Source: Armatimonadota bacterium (GTDB taxonomy: Bacteria > Armatimonadota > Zipacnadia > Zipacnadales > VGFC01). From it: a stretch of 64,000 bases of DNA. Shown piece by piece: positions 45,393 to 53,810 of this stretch. The notes below the pieces were generated by a model. It worked only from the letters and a program-made list of their open reading frames with translations. It ran no database searches and was not told the DNA's origin. How positions within the stretch are numbered: the stretch's first letter is position 1; each line of letters starts with the position of its first letter. Made by a program: the position numbers and the translations under genes. The stretch is from positions 34,518 through 98,517 of the forward strand of contig VGFC01000001.1 in the NCBI GenBank assembly GCA_016869045.1. The letters are read 5' to 3'.

Positions 45393-47856
45393 CGCCCGCC
45401 TCCTCTCCCCGCGTACTCGACATCGGCCCACGCGAGGCCGTAACCGACGGCAGCCGTCCGGCCGGTAGAGGGTTCCTGGACCCCCGGCGCCACTCGGACA
45501 AGGCCGGGCGGCCACAGGATGAACCGGCCTGGCTCGGGAACCTCCAGAGCGAACGTGGGGTCGGCCTTCCAGGTCAGTGCTTTCCACCGGTGGCGTTGCC
45601 AGTCGTACACGCTGATCGCGGTGGGCTCCGCCTCCGGCCCTCCTCCGCGTGGGGGCAGTTGTCCTTGGATGACGAGGCGTTGGTGCTGAGGTCGGGCACC
45701 CTCGATCGCCAGCAACAGCTCACGCGAGCTGCTTGGTTCGTCGTCGGGCGGGCCAGCGCCGGGCGGTCCGGGCATCCCTCCGCCCTGTTCGTTTGAGGCG
45801 TACGCAGCCAGCCACGCGGTGCGCCGGTGGCTCGTCGTGTCGAACGCGCCGCCGACGGGCACGACGAGGTCCGGTCCGCGGATGGTCGTCCTCAGCGGCG
45901 CCAGGTACAGGTGCGCGCCCCTGACCGCGTGGCGGCCCCGGAGTCCCGGCGGCTGCACCAGCGTCTCCCCCCAGCCCAGCAGGAAGGGCCCCGAGGCCCT
46001 GCGCGTCAGGCTCCAGATGGTCTCCTCAGCCTGCTCCCAACGAGTGCTCTCGGGACGTAGCGGCCAGAGGGCCTCGTCCAGCCAGCTGCCCGGACCCGTG
46101 AGATTGTAGATGCGCGAGAGCTGGTACTCCGAGAGGGCCGGGGGCCGAGCTTCAGCGTCAGGGCCTTGGTCTCGCCCGCCGCGACGTCGCCGACCGCGAC
46201 ATGGTTCCACTTGTGGATCAAGTAGCAGTCCCGCAGCGCGAAGGGCAGGCGGTTGGCGACCGTCCCGGTCAATCCATCCGCGCCGATGGACAGCTCTCCC
46301 TCTACCGTGCCCTGCGGCTCGAAGGCCGTCTCCTCGAACGCCCGCATGGACCAGCGCTCGACCCGCACGTTCGACAGCGAGGCCGGCTCGCCGACGGAGA
46401 CGACCGTCGAGGGCCAGCCGCCCTGCCCGAGGCCGCCGTTGTACGGCGTGAACTCGCGGAACGCCGGCTGAGGGCGGCCGAACTGGAGGTCATACGTCCG
46501 CGTGCCAGGCGAGAAGACGCCGAAAGCACCCAGAGAGGCGACGCCCTCGGTGCCGATGGACGTGACGTTCGCGGTCTGGTGCACGAGGATCGGGAACGGC
46601 GAGTGCACGACGACGGCCGCGACCATCAGCCCCAGCACGAAGACCAGGACGATGGCGGGGGTCGTGACGACCACCAACTCCTTCTTGCGCATGACGCCCA
46701 CGACGGCGCAGTTGAGCGGCCCGGCCACGATCACGAAGGCGAGGAGCACGATGAACAACGGCAACCCGGTGTTCGGAAGCCGGCTGTGGGCCGGCACCAT
46801 CGACCACGGGATTGACTGGCGGGACGCCGGTCCGGTGCGGCTCCCGCGGAGCGCCTTCGCCCAGAACCCCTCCCGGAGTCTCGTGCGGCTCGGCCAGTCC
46901 GGAACTTCGCTCCACGCCGGGTCTACGGTGAGGCCCCGGACGGCGCCCATCCCGACGGGGTGCTCGAAGGCCAGGACATGCCCACCCGCGGAGGCCAGCA
47001 CCTCCGACGCCGGCACGCGCACCTCCACGATCTGCGTGAGGGCGCCGGCGATCGGCTTGCGGGAGAACAGCCCGAGCGCGTCGCCCAACCCGTCTGCCGG
47101 GCGGCGTCCCACGACGGTTGCCCCGGCGAAGCGAGCCACCTCCGGCGACGCCGCATTGCGGGCGAGGAAGGGCGCAGTCAACACGAGCAGTCCGCCCGTG
47201 GCCGTCCAGCGCCGGATCGCGCCCCAGGCAGCCGGCGGCAGTTGCCCCACGTCGATGTCCCCCAGGACGATGGCAGCCGCCGCGTCGTAGGCGCGGGCAT
47301 CCGTGGGCGCCTCGCTCGGGGTCAGGAGGTGCATATCCGTCCGGGGCAGGGCGGAGAAGGGACGGTCCTTCTCACTCTCCGCCTGCTTCTGGGAGGGTGT
47401 CACGAACACGAGCGTCAAGCCGTCGCGGCGCGGCCCCCAACCCGGATTGGTCACCTGCTCGAACACCACTTCCTTCCCCCGCAGAACCTGGACGCGCACA
47501 CCGTAGGGGCTCTCGAGGAGTTGCACGACCAGACGCACGGTCGTCGTTCCCTGAGGGAACTCGGCCGGAAACGTGTACACGTCTCCGCGCGACCAGGGAT
47601 CATCGGGAGACGACCAGCCGGGGACCTGCGCCCGCACGGTGCCGCTGAAGGCCGAGCCCTCGTTGGTGACCGTGAGTGTCAGAGGGTTCCACCAGCCGGC
47701 GACAGCGACGCCCCCGAAGCCGAGAGACGTGTTGCCGGAGAGCTGGGCGTGCGCCGACGCGCACAAGAGGTGGAGCGTCACGAGGCCGAGGAGTAGACTG
47801 TACGCGCCGAGACGACTGCGGGGCTTCACGAGGCCGTGTCCGCGTTCCCCCACCAT
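45389..47856 (-). pseudogene. large (about 820 aa) secreted/membrane hypothetical protein upstream of the ABC-2 transporter, interrupted by a frameshift at a C5 run near 46128
   Basis: Track ORFs 46006..48069 and 45389..46210 join at ggcccccggccc: ...GETKALTLKLGP | ALSEYQLSRIYNLTG... Signal peptide MVGERGHGLVKPRSRLGAYSLLLGLVTLHLLCASAHA with GGAGGA RBS. Could be a sequencing error. Confidence 0.5.
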
Positions 47857-48047
47857 ACGGCCCCCTTCCTCCGTTGACGGGTGGGATGCGAGGCCGAGCT
47901 CTGCCACGAAGCACGCCGCACGGAAGCTGCCACGAGGGCTGCGGCTTCCGCTCGTCCCAAGAAACGCGCGACGCACCGGAAGTCCTCGCTCGCGGCACAG
48001 ATTCCTGGGAGGCCTCCTGTGCTTCCATCGCGAATAGCCCGCCCCGC

Positions 48048-48869
48048 ATGAGGTACCGTCTGCTGGCAATCGACCTCGACCATACGCTCGTCCGCGGCCT
48101 GGCCGGAGTGTCGCCCGCGAACCGGGAGGCGCTGGCGCTCGCGCAGGCCGCGGGCTGCCGCGTGGTGTTCTGCACGGGGCGCGGGCGGTACACCACGCTC
48201 CCCGTCGCGGAGGAACTCGGCCTGGCGGACGGGCCGCACATCCTGTTCAACGGGGCGGCGATCTTCTCCACGCTCCGGCAGCCGCCGGGTGAGGTGCTGC
48301 TGCTCGAGCGCGAGGCCGTGGAACACTGTCTGCAGCTCGCGGGCGATTGCGACCTCGGGGTATCGGGCTTCGAGGATCCCCGACAGGGGGACCTGGTGCG
48401 CCTGGCGCGGCCCAACGCGGCCCTGCACCGCTGGGCGCAGGCCAATCGCGACCGCGCGGTGTGGGTGGATGGCCTGGAGGACATCCTGGAACGGCCGATG
48501 GTGGCGTTCCTGTTCTGGGGGGCGGAAGAGGACGTGCGCCAACTGCAGCAGCGGCTCGGCGATCCGCCCGGCGTGGCGCCGCCGCGCGTGGCGACGAGCA
48601 AGGTGCTCGACAGCTGGGTGCTCGAGCTGTCGGCGCCAGGCGGCACCAAGGGCGCCGCCTTGGCTCGCCTGGCCGAGCGCCTTGGGGTGCCGCGCGAGGA
48701 GATCGTGGCCATCGGAGACTCCCACCCCGACATCTGCATGATCGAGTATGCGGGCCTGGGTGTCGCCGTGGGAGATGGCGTCGAGGAGCTGCAGGCGGTG
48801 GCCGACTACATCGGGCCGACGTGCGAGGACGACTGCGTGGCGGATGTGATCCGGCGCTTCATACTCTAG
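48048..48869 (+). CDS. Cof-type HAD-IIB hydrolase
   Basis: MRYRLLAIDLDHTL (DxDxT) and C-terminal IGDSHPD. Confidence 0.7.
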   Translation: MRYRLLAIDLDHTLVRGLAGVSPANREALALAQAAGCRVVFCTGRGRYTTLPVAEELGLADGPHILFNGAAIFSTLRQPPGEVLLLEREAVEHCLQLAGDCDLGVSGFEDPRQGDLVRLARPNAALHRWAQANRDRAVWVDGLEDILERPMVAFLFWGAEEDVRQLQQRLGDPPGVAPPRVATSKVLDSWVLELSAPGGTKGAALARLAERLGVPREEIVAIGDSHPDICMIEYAGLGVAVGDGVEELQAVADYIGPTCEDDCVADVIRRFIL

Positions 48870-48892
48870 GAGCGTGTACGGGAAGCGTGGGC

Positions 48893-48946
48893 GGGCGCCA
48901 TGAATGGCGCCCCTACATGATCGGGCGCGATGAATCGCGCCCCTAC
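48893..48946 (-). repeat. REP-like doublet
   Basis: Units at 48893-48916 and 48923-48946, between the Cof hydrolase and ADH genes. Confidence 0.9.
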
Positions 48947-48965
48947 ACGACGGGGGAGATAGACC

Positions 48966-50060
48966 GTGACCGGCAAAGCGATGGTCCTGGAGCAGTTCAA
49001 CCAGCCCCTCGTCGAGCGCAGCTTCGAGGTCTGCGACCTCGCGCCCGGCGAGGTGCTGTGTCGCATCGACGCGGCGGGGGTCTGCGGCTCGGATGTGCAC
49101 ATGTGGCACGGCAACGATCCGCGCACACCCCTGCCGATGATCCTCGGTCACGAGGGCATCGGCACGATCGTCGCGACTGCGGGCAGGAAGGAGGACGTGT
49201 TCGGGCGCGAGCTGCGCGAGGGCGACCGGGTGGTCTGGGAACGCGGGATCATGTGCGGGCAGTGCTACTACTGCGTCATCCGGAAGCAGCCGGCGCTCTG
49301 CCCGAACCGCAAGACCTACGGCATCTCGCTCGGTTGCTCCGAACCCCCGCACTTCAGCGGCTGCTACGCGGAGTACCTGTACCTGCGCCCGCGCTGCCAC
49401 ATGCTCCGCCTCGACGAGGACATCGACCCGGCGGTGCTGGTTGCGGCCACGTGCTCCGGCGCGACCGCCGCCCACGCAGTGCAGCTCTCCAACGTGAACC
49501 GGGGTGACACGGTGTTGGTCGTCGGGCCAGGGCCGGTCGGCATCCTCTGCCTGGCAATGGCCCTCGAGTCGGGCGCAGCGGCCGTCTACGTCGCGGGCAC
49601 CTCTGCGGACCGCAGCCGTCTGCACCTCTGCATGGAGTTCGGCGCGGCGGGCACGCTGGTGGTAGACGAGATGCCCGCCGACGAGCGCGCCGCCTTCATT
49701 CGCGAGAAGACCCACGGCGTCGGCGCGAACGCGGTGATCGACTGCACCGGCACGCCTCGCTCGATTCCCGACAACCTGCCGCTCGTCGCGCCGTATGGCA
49801 CGTACTCGATCCCGGGGATCGCGACACCCGTCGGCGAGCTGCCGATCGCCCTCTTCGAGCACATTGCGCGCAAGAACGTGAACCTCCAGGGCGTCTGGGT
49901 CAGCGACACCGCCGACCTCTACCAGGCCATCCGCCTCGTGCTCACCGGGCGCAATCGGTTCGAGAAGCTGGTGACCCACCGCTTCCCGCTCGCGGCCGCC
50001 GACGAGGCCCTACGAGTGATGGGGAGCAAGGAAGCGATTAAGGCCGTGCTCATGCCGTAG
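48966..50060 (+). CDS. zinc-dependent alcohol dehydrogenase family (threonine/sorbitol dehydrogenase-like)
   Basis: GHEGIG, Cys-rich structural-Zn loop CGQCYYC, Rossmann VVGPGPVG. Confidence 0.8.
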   Translation: MTGKAMVLEQFNQPLVERSFEVCDLAPGEVLCRIDAAGVCGSDVHMWHGNDPRTPLPMILGHEGIGTIVATAGRKEDVFGRELREGDRVVWERGIMCGQCYYCVIRKQPALCPNRKTYGISLGCSEPPHFSGCYAEYLYLRPRCHMLRLDEDIDPAVLVAATCSGATAAHAVQLSNVNRGDTVLVVGPGPVGILCLAMALESGAAAVYVAGTSADRSRLHLCMEFGAAGTLVVDEMPADERAAFIREKTHGVGANAVIDCTGTPRSIPDNLPLVAPYGTYSIPGIATPVGELPIALFEHIARKNVNLQGVWVSDTADLYQAIRLVLTGRNRFEKLVTHRFPLAAADEALRVMGSKEAIKAVLMP

Positions 50061-50084
50061 CGCAACAGACAGGAGTCCGTCACT

Positions 50085-51815
50085 ATGCCGCAACGCACCA
50101 CCTGCACCCTCAGCGACGGGACCGAGGTCCCGATCTTCACGGTCCAGACGCTCATCATCGGGAGCGGGGCGGCGGCGCTGAACTGCGCCGAGCACCTGTG
50201 GGAGATGGGCGTGAGGGACCTCGCCATTGCCACCGACAACCTCGGCGGCGGCACCAGCAACAACTCGGGCTCCGACAAGCAGACGTACTACAAGGTCGGC
50301 ATCTTCGGGGATACGCCCGACAGCCCGCTGGACTTCGCGAAGGCGCTCACCGGCGGAGGGATGTGCCACGGGGACATCGCCTACTGCGAGGCGCTCGGGT
50401 CCGCGCCGGAGTTCTTCCACCTCGTCCGCAACGGCGTGCCCTTCCCCTCGAACCGCTACGGGGCGTACGTGGGCTACAAGACCGACCACGACCCGCGCCA
50501 GCGAGCGACGTCCGCCGGGCCGAAGACCTCGATGTTCATGTTCGGCAAGTCCCTCGTCAACGTCCGTCGGCAGGGCACGCCGATCTTCGATGGGCACGAG
50601 GTCATCGCGCTCCTGACCGCGGGGACGGCCGACGAGAAGCGCGTCATCGGGGCGCTGGCGTGTGTCCTACCCCCCGACCCCCCTTCCTCCAGAAGGGGGG
50701 TCAACGGCTTGGCGCTGGTCCTGTTCAGCGCGGAGAACGTCGTGATGGCGACGGGCGGGCCGGGGGAGCTGTACGCGGAGAGCGTCTACCCGCACGGGCA
50801 GATCGGCAACCACGGGATGGCGCTGGAGATCGGCGCGAAGGCGAACAACCTCTCCGAGTCGCAGTACGGTCTCGCCTCGATCGGGTATCGGTGGAATCTC
50901 TCGGGCACGTACCAGCAGGTGGTGCCGGCGTACTTCAGCGTGGACGAGGCGGGCAACACGCGCCACTTCCTCAACGACTACCACGACACCATGCGCCGCG
51001 AAGCGACGAACATCTTCCTGAAGGGCTACCAGTGGCCGTTCCACGCCGCGCGGCTGCAGAATCAGGGCTCGTCGCTTGTAGACATCGCGGTCTACAACGA
51101 GCGGCAGGCCGGGCGGCGCGTGTACATGGACTTCATGCGGAACCCGGCGTCCGACGGCGGGGCCACCGCATCCATGAGCGAGGCCGCTCATGCCACGCCA
51201 TTGGAGGCCTTCAGCCTCGACAACATGGAGGACGAGGCGGTTACGTACCTGCAGCGGTCGGGCGCGCTGCAGAGGACGCCGTACGAGCGCCTCGCCCACA
51301 TGAACCAGCCGAGCATCGACCTGTACGCCGAGCACGGCGTGGACTTGAGGGAGCCGCTCGAGATCGCGGTCTGCGCGCAACACAACAACGGCGGGCTGGT
51401 CGGCAACCTCTGGTGGGAGTCGAACATCCGGCACCTCTTCCCCATCGGCGAGCTGAACGGCAGCCACGGCGTGCGGCCGGGGGGCAGCGCGCTGAACGCG
51501 GGGCAGGTCGGCGGCCTGCGCGCCGCGACGTACATCGCGAACGTCTACACCGGCCGCCCTCTTGAGCCGCGCCAGTTCCTCGCCGTCGCCGCCCCGCAGG
51601 TGGAGCGGGAACTCGCGAAGATCAAGCAGATGCTGAGCAGCCGCTCGGGCGTCGATTCGGACGGTCTTCGGAAGGACATCCAGGCCCGCATGAGCCGTCA
51701 CGCGGCCTTCGTGCGCAGCGTCTCGGGCGTCGCGCAAGCCGTCGAAGAGGCGCGGCGCCAGTGGGCGGAGGTGAAGGCGAAGGGCGTGCGCGCCGACGGG
51801 CCGGACGGCCTGTGA
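50085..51815 (+). CDS. FAD-binding oxidoreductase (SdhA/FrdA/NadB flavoprotein superfamily-like) with a 27-bp in-frame palindrome
   Basis: IIGSGAAALNCAEHL dinucleotide-binding motif. A palindrome gaccccccttcctccagaaggggggtc at 50677-50703 encodes PDPPSSRRGV. Confidence 0.6.
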   Translation: MPQRTTCTLSDGTEVPIFTVQTLIIGSGAAALNCAEHLWEMGVRDLAIATDNLGGGTSNNSGSDKQTYYKVGIFGDTPDSPLDFAKALTGGGMCHGDIAYCEALGSAPEFFHLVRNGVPFPSNRYGAYVGYKTDHDPRQRATSAGPKTSMFMFGKSLVNVRRQGTPIFDGHEVIALLTAGTADEKRVIGALACVLPPDPPSSRRGVNGLALVLFSAENVVMATGGPGELYAESVYPHGQIGNHGMALEIGAKANNLSESQYGLASIGYRWNLSGTYQQVVPAYFSVDEAGNTRHFLNDYHDTMRREATNIFLKGYQWPFHAARLQNQGSSLVDIAVYNERQAGRRVYMDFMRNPASDGGATASMSEAAHATPLEAFSLDNMEDEAVTYLQRSGALQRTPYERLAHMNQPSIDLYAEHGVDLREPLEIAVCAQHNNGGLVGNLWWESNIRHLFPIGELNGSHGVRPGGSALNAGQVGGLRAATYIANVYTGRPLEPRQFLAVAAPQVERELAKIKQMLSSRSGVDSDGLRKDIQARMSRHAAFVRSVSGVAQAVEEARRQWAEVKAKGVRADGPDGL

Positions 51816-52138
51816 AGGCGATCCAGAACGAGCACCTGTGCCTGACGCAGCTCTGCTTCCTCGAGACCATTCAGGCGCTCATCGAGCGCGGCGGAGGTAG
51901 CCGGGGCGCGTATGTCATCCTCGACGACGAGGGCGACCTATGGGTCGAGACGAAGCGCGGCCGGGAGCTTCAGCACCGCAGCGAGAACGAGGCGCTGCGC
52001 AAGGAGATTCTCGAGACGAAGGTCAACGACGACGGGAGCCTCGACGTGTACCCGGCCGAGGTGAGGCCGCTGCCCGAGGATGACTCGTGGTACGAGACGA
52101 CGTGGCGCGAGTGGCAGGAGAAGCGGGTCTACGGATGA
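51812..52138 (+). CDS. small hypothetical protein, translationally coupled (GTG overlapping upstream stop)
   Basis: The ctGTGAagg overlap means the start overlaps the upstream stop. About 108 aa, acidic. Confidence 0.35.
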   Translation: MKAIQNEHLCLTQLCFLETIQALIERGGGSRGAYVILDDEGDLWVETKRGRELQHRSENEALRKEILETKVNDDGSLDVYPAEVRPLPEDDSWYETTWREWQEKRVYG

Positions 52139-52150
52139 CGACCTAACCAC

Positions 52151-52190
52151 AAAGACCGCGAAGAAGGCACGAAGAACGACGACAGAAGGG
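52151..52190 (+). repeat. left inverted repeat flanking GxxExxY gene #1 (aaagaccgcgaagaaggcacgaagaacgacgac)
   Basis: Reverse complement recurs at 52660-52700. Confidence 0.7.
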
Positions 52191-52243
52191 ACGGAACGAC
52201 CACGGACGCACCGGGACATGCACAGCGGCGAGAGTACGGGGAG

Positions 52244-52621
52244 GTGCCCGCGCATGTTGAGCGCGCCGCCTCCACCGTGGTGGACGCCGCCATCGCCGTG
52301 CACCGAGCCCTCGGCCCAGGGCTGCTGGAGTCACTCTACGAGAGGTGCCTCGCCTATGAGCTGAGCAAGCGGGGGCTCGAGGTGAGGACGCAGGTGGCGC
52401 TGCCGGTCGTGTATGACGGGGTCACGTTCGACGATGGCCTGCGCCTGGACATCCTGGTCGAGGACTGCCTGGTCGTGGAGGTGAAGGCCGTGGAGGCGCT
52501 GCAGCCCATTCATGAGGCGCAGCTGTTGACCTACCTGAAGCTCCTGGCCATGCCTTTGGGTTTCCTGCTCAACTTCAACGTCACTCGCATGAAGCTCGGT
52601 ATCAGGCGTTTCCGGCGGTAG
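52244..52621 (+). CDS. GxxExxY-family small protein (PD-(D/E)XK-like, tentative), paralog 1
   Basis: GPGLLESLYERCLAYEL carries the GxxExxY signature. About 125 aa. 61% identical over most of its length to the ORF at 56387-56795. Confidence 0.6.
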   Translation: MPAHVERAASTVVDAAIAVHRALGPGLLESLYERCLAYELSKRGLEVRTQVALPVVYDGVTFDDGLRLDILVEDCLVVEVKAVEALQPIHEAQLLTYLKLLAMPLGFLLNFNVTRMKLGIRRFRR

Positions 52622-52659
52622 GGCTGGTCTTTGCCCTAGTCGGGCCGCAGTAGCATGGC

Positions 52660-52700
52660 CCTCTTTGTGTGTCTTCGTGCCTTCTTTGCGGTCTTCGTGG
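52660..52700 (-). repeat. right inverted repeat flanking GxxExxY gene #1
   Basis: ctcgaaccacgaagaccgcaaagaaggcacgaagacac is the reverse complement of the 52151-52190 repeat. Confidence 0.7.
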
Positions 52701-52733
52701 TTCGAGCCGTTCCCTGGCAAAGGAGCCCAGCCG

Positions 52734-53756
52734 ATGAGCAAGCCCAAGGTGTTGTACGTGCCGACGGACGGACACACGAAGCGCGTGTTCCGCGACGAGA
52801 CGTTCGCGCGGATGTGCGAGCAGTTCGAGGTGACGGTCAACGACACCGGCGCGGAGCTGGACCCCGATGAGGTCGCGGCGTGGGTCACGGGCTGCGACGG
52901 GCTGGTGACCGGCTGGGGCTCGCGGGCGCTATCGGAGGCCGTGTTCACCCAGGCGCCTGACCTGAAGATCATCGCGCACTCCGCGGGCTCCGTGAAGTTC
53001 CTGGTTACCCGCGAGATGATCGACGAGTACCTCCTCCCGCGGGGGATCGTGCTGTTCAGCGCGAACGTGGCCATCGCGCTCAACGTGGCGGAAGCCGCCG
53101 TCGGGATGCTGATCATGGCGTCCCGCCGCTGGGTCGATCACAACGCCCACTACCACCAGACCGGCCAGTGGCGCTCGTCGGACATCCCGATCAACGGTCA
53201 GTACCTCCGCGGCTGCAAGCTCGGGCTGATCTCCGCCAGCGCCGTCGCGCGTGAAGTGATCCGCCTGCTGCAGAACTGGGACATCGAGCTCCTGGTCTAT
53301 GATCCGTACCTCTCCGAGGAGGCCGCAGCGAAGCTGGGCGTGCGCAAGGTGGGGCTGAACCAACTCTTCGAGGAGGCGGACCACGTCTCGGTACACGCGC
53401 CGAAGCTGCCCGAGACCGACAAGCTCATCGGCCGCGAGCAGCTTCGCCTGCTGAAGGACGGGGCGGCGTTCGTGAACACCGCGCGCGGCTCGGTGATCGA
53501 CGAACAGGCCCTCATCGAGGAGGCCCAAACGGGCCGCATCTTCGTGGCCCTGGATGTGACCGAGCCCGAGCCTCCGGCCCCGGACCATCCGTTCCAGCAC
53601 ATGCCGAACGTCTACATCTCGCCCCATACGGCCGGCGCTGGGTACTTCGGCTACTTCGGGATCGGGGAGACGACGGTGCAGGCTCTCGAGGATGCGTTCG
53701 CCGGGCGGCCGGTCGAAGGCGCGGCGCCGCTGGAGCGGTGGGAACAACTGGCGTAG
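52734..53756 (+). CDS. D-isomer-specific 2-hydroxyacid dehydrogenase family protein
   Basis: AAGGAG RBS. NAD-binding and catalytic blocks (ARG...RGSVIDEQAL, ...SPHTAG). Confidence 0.75.
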   Translation: MSKPKVLYVPTDGHTKRVFRDETFARMCEQFEVTVNDTGAELDPDEVAAWVTGCDGLVTGWGSRALSEAVFTQAPDLKIIAHSAGSVKFLVTREMIDEYLLPRGIVLFSANVAIALNVAEAAVGMLIMASRRWVDHNAHYHQTGQWRSSDIPINGQYLRGCKLGLISASAVAREVIRLLQNWDIELLVYDPYLSEEAAAKLGVRKVGLNQLFEEADHVSVHAPKLPETDKLIGREQLRLLKDGAAFVNTARGSVIDEQALIEEAQTGRIFVALDVTEPEPPAPDHPFQHMPNVYISPHTAGAGYFGYFGIGETTVQALEDAFAGRPVEGAAPLERWEQLA

Positions 53757-53770
53757 GGACGGCGACGATA

Positions 53771-53807
53771 GGGGAAGATTCGAAGACTTGAAGAACGGCG
53801 AAGACGG
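53771..53807 (+). repeat. solo copy of ggggaagattcgaagacttgaagaacggcgaagacgg repeat
   Basis: Identical to the 56290-56326 copy. Lies between the 2-HADH stop and the transporter start. Confidence 0.85.
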
Positions 53808-53810
53808 AGC

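Noticed and set aside
50198-51565. Plus-strand alternative frame (455 aa) inside the FAD oxidoreductase gene
   Set aside because: Arg/Gly/Pro-rich shadow frame. The annotated frame has the dinucleotide-binding motif.
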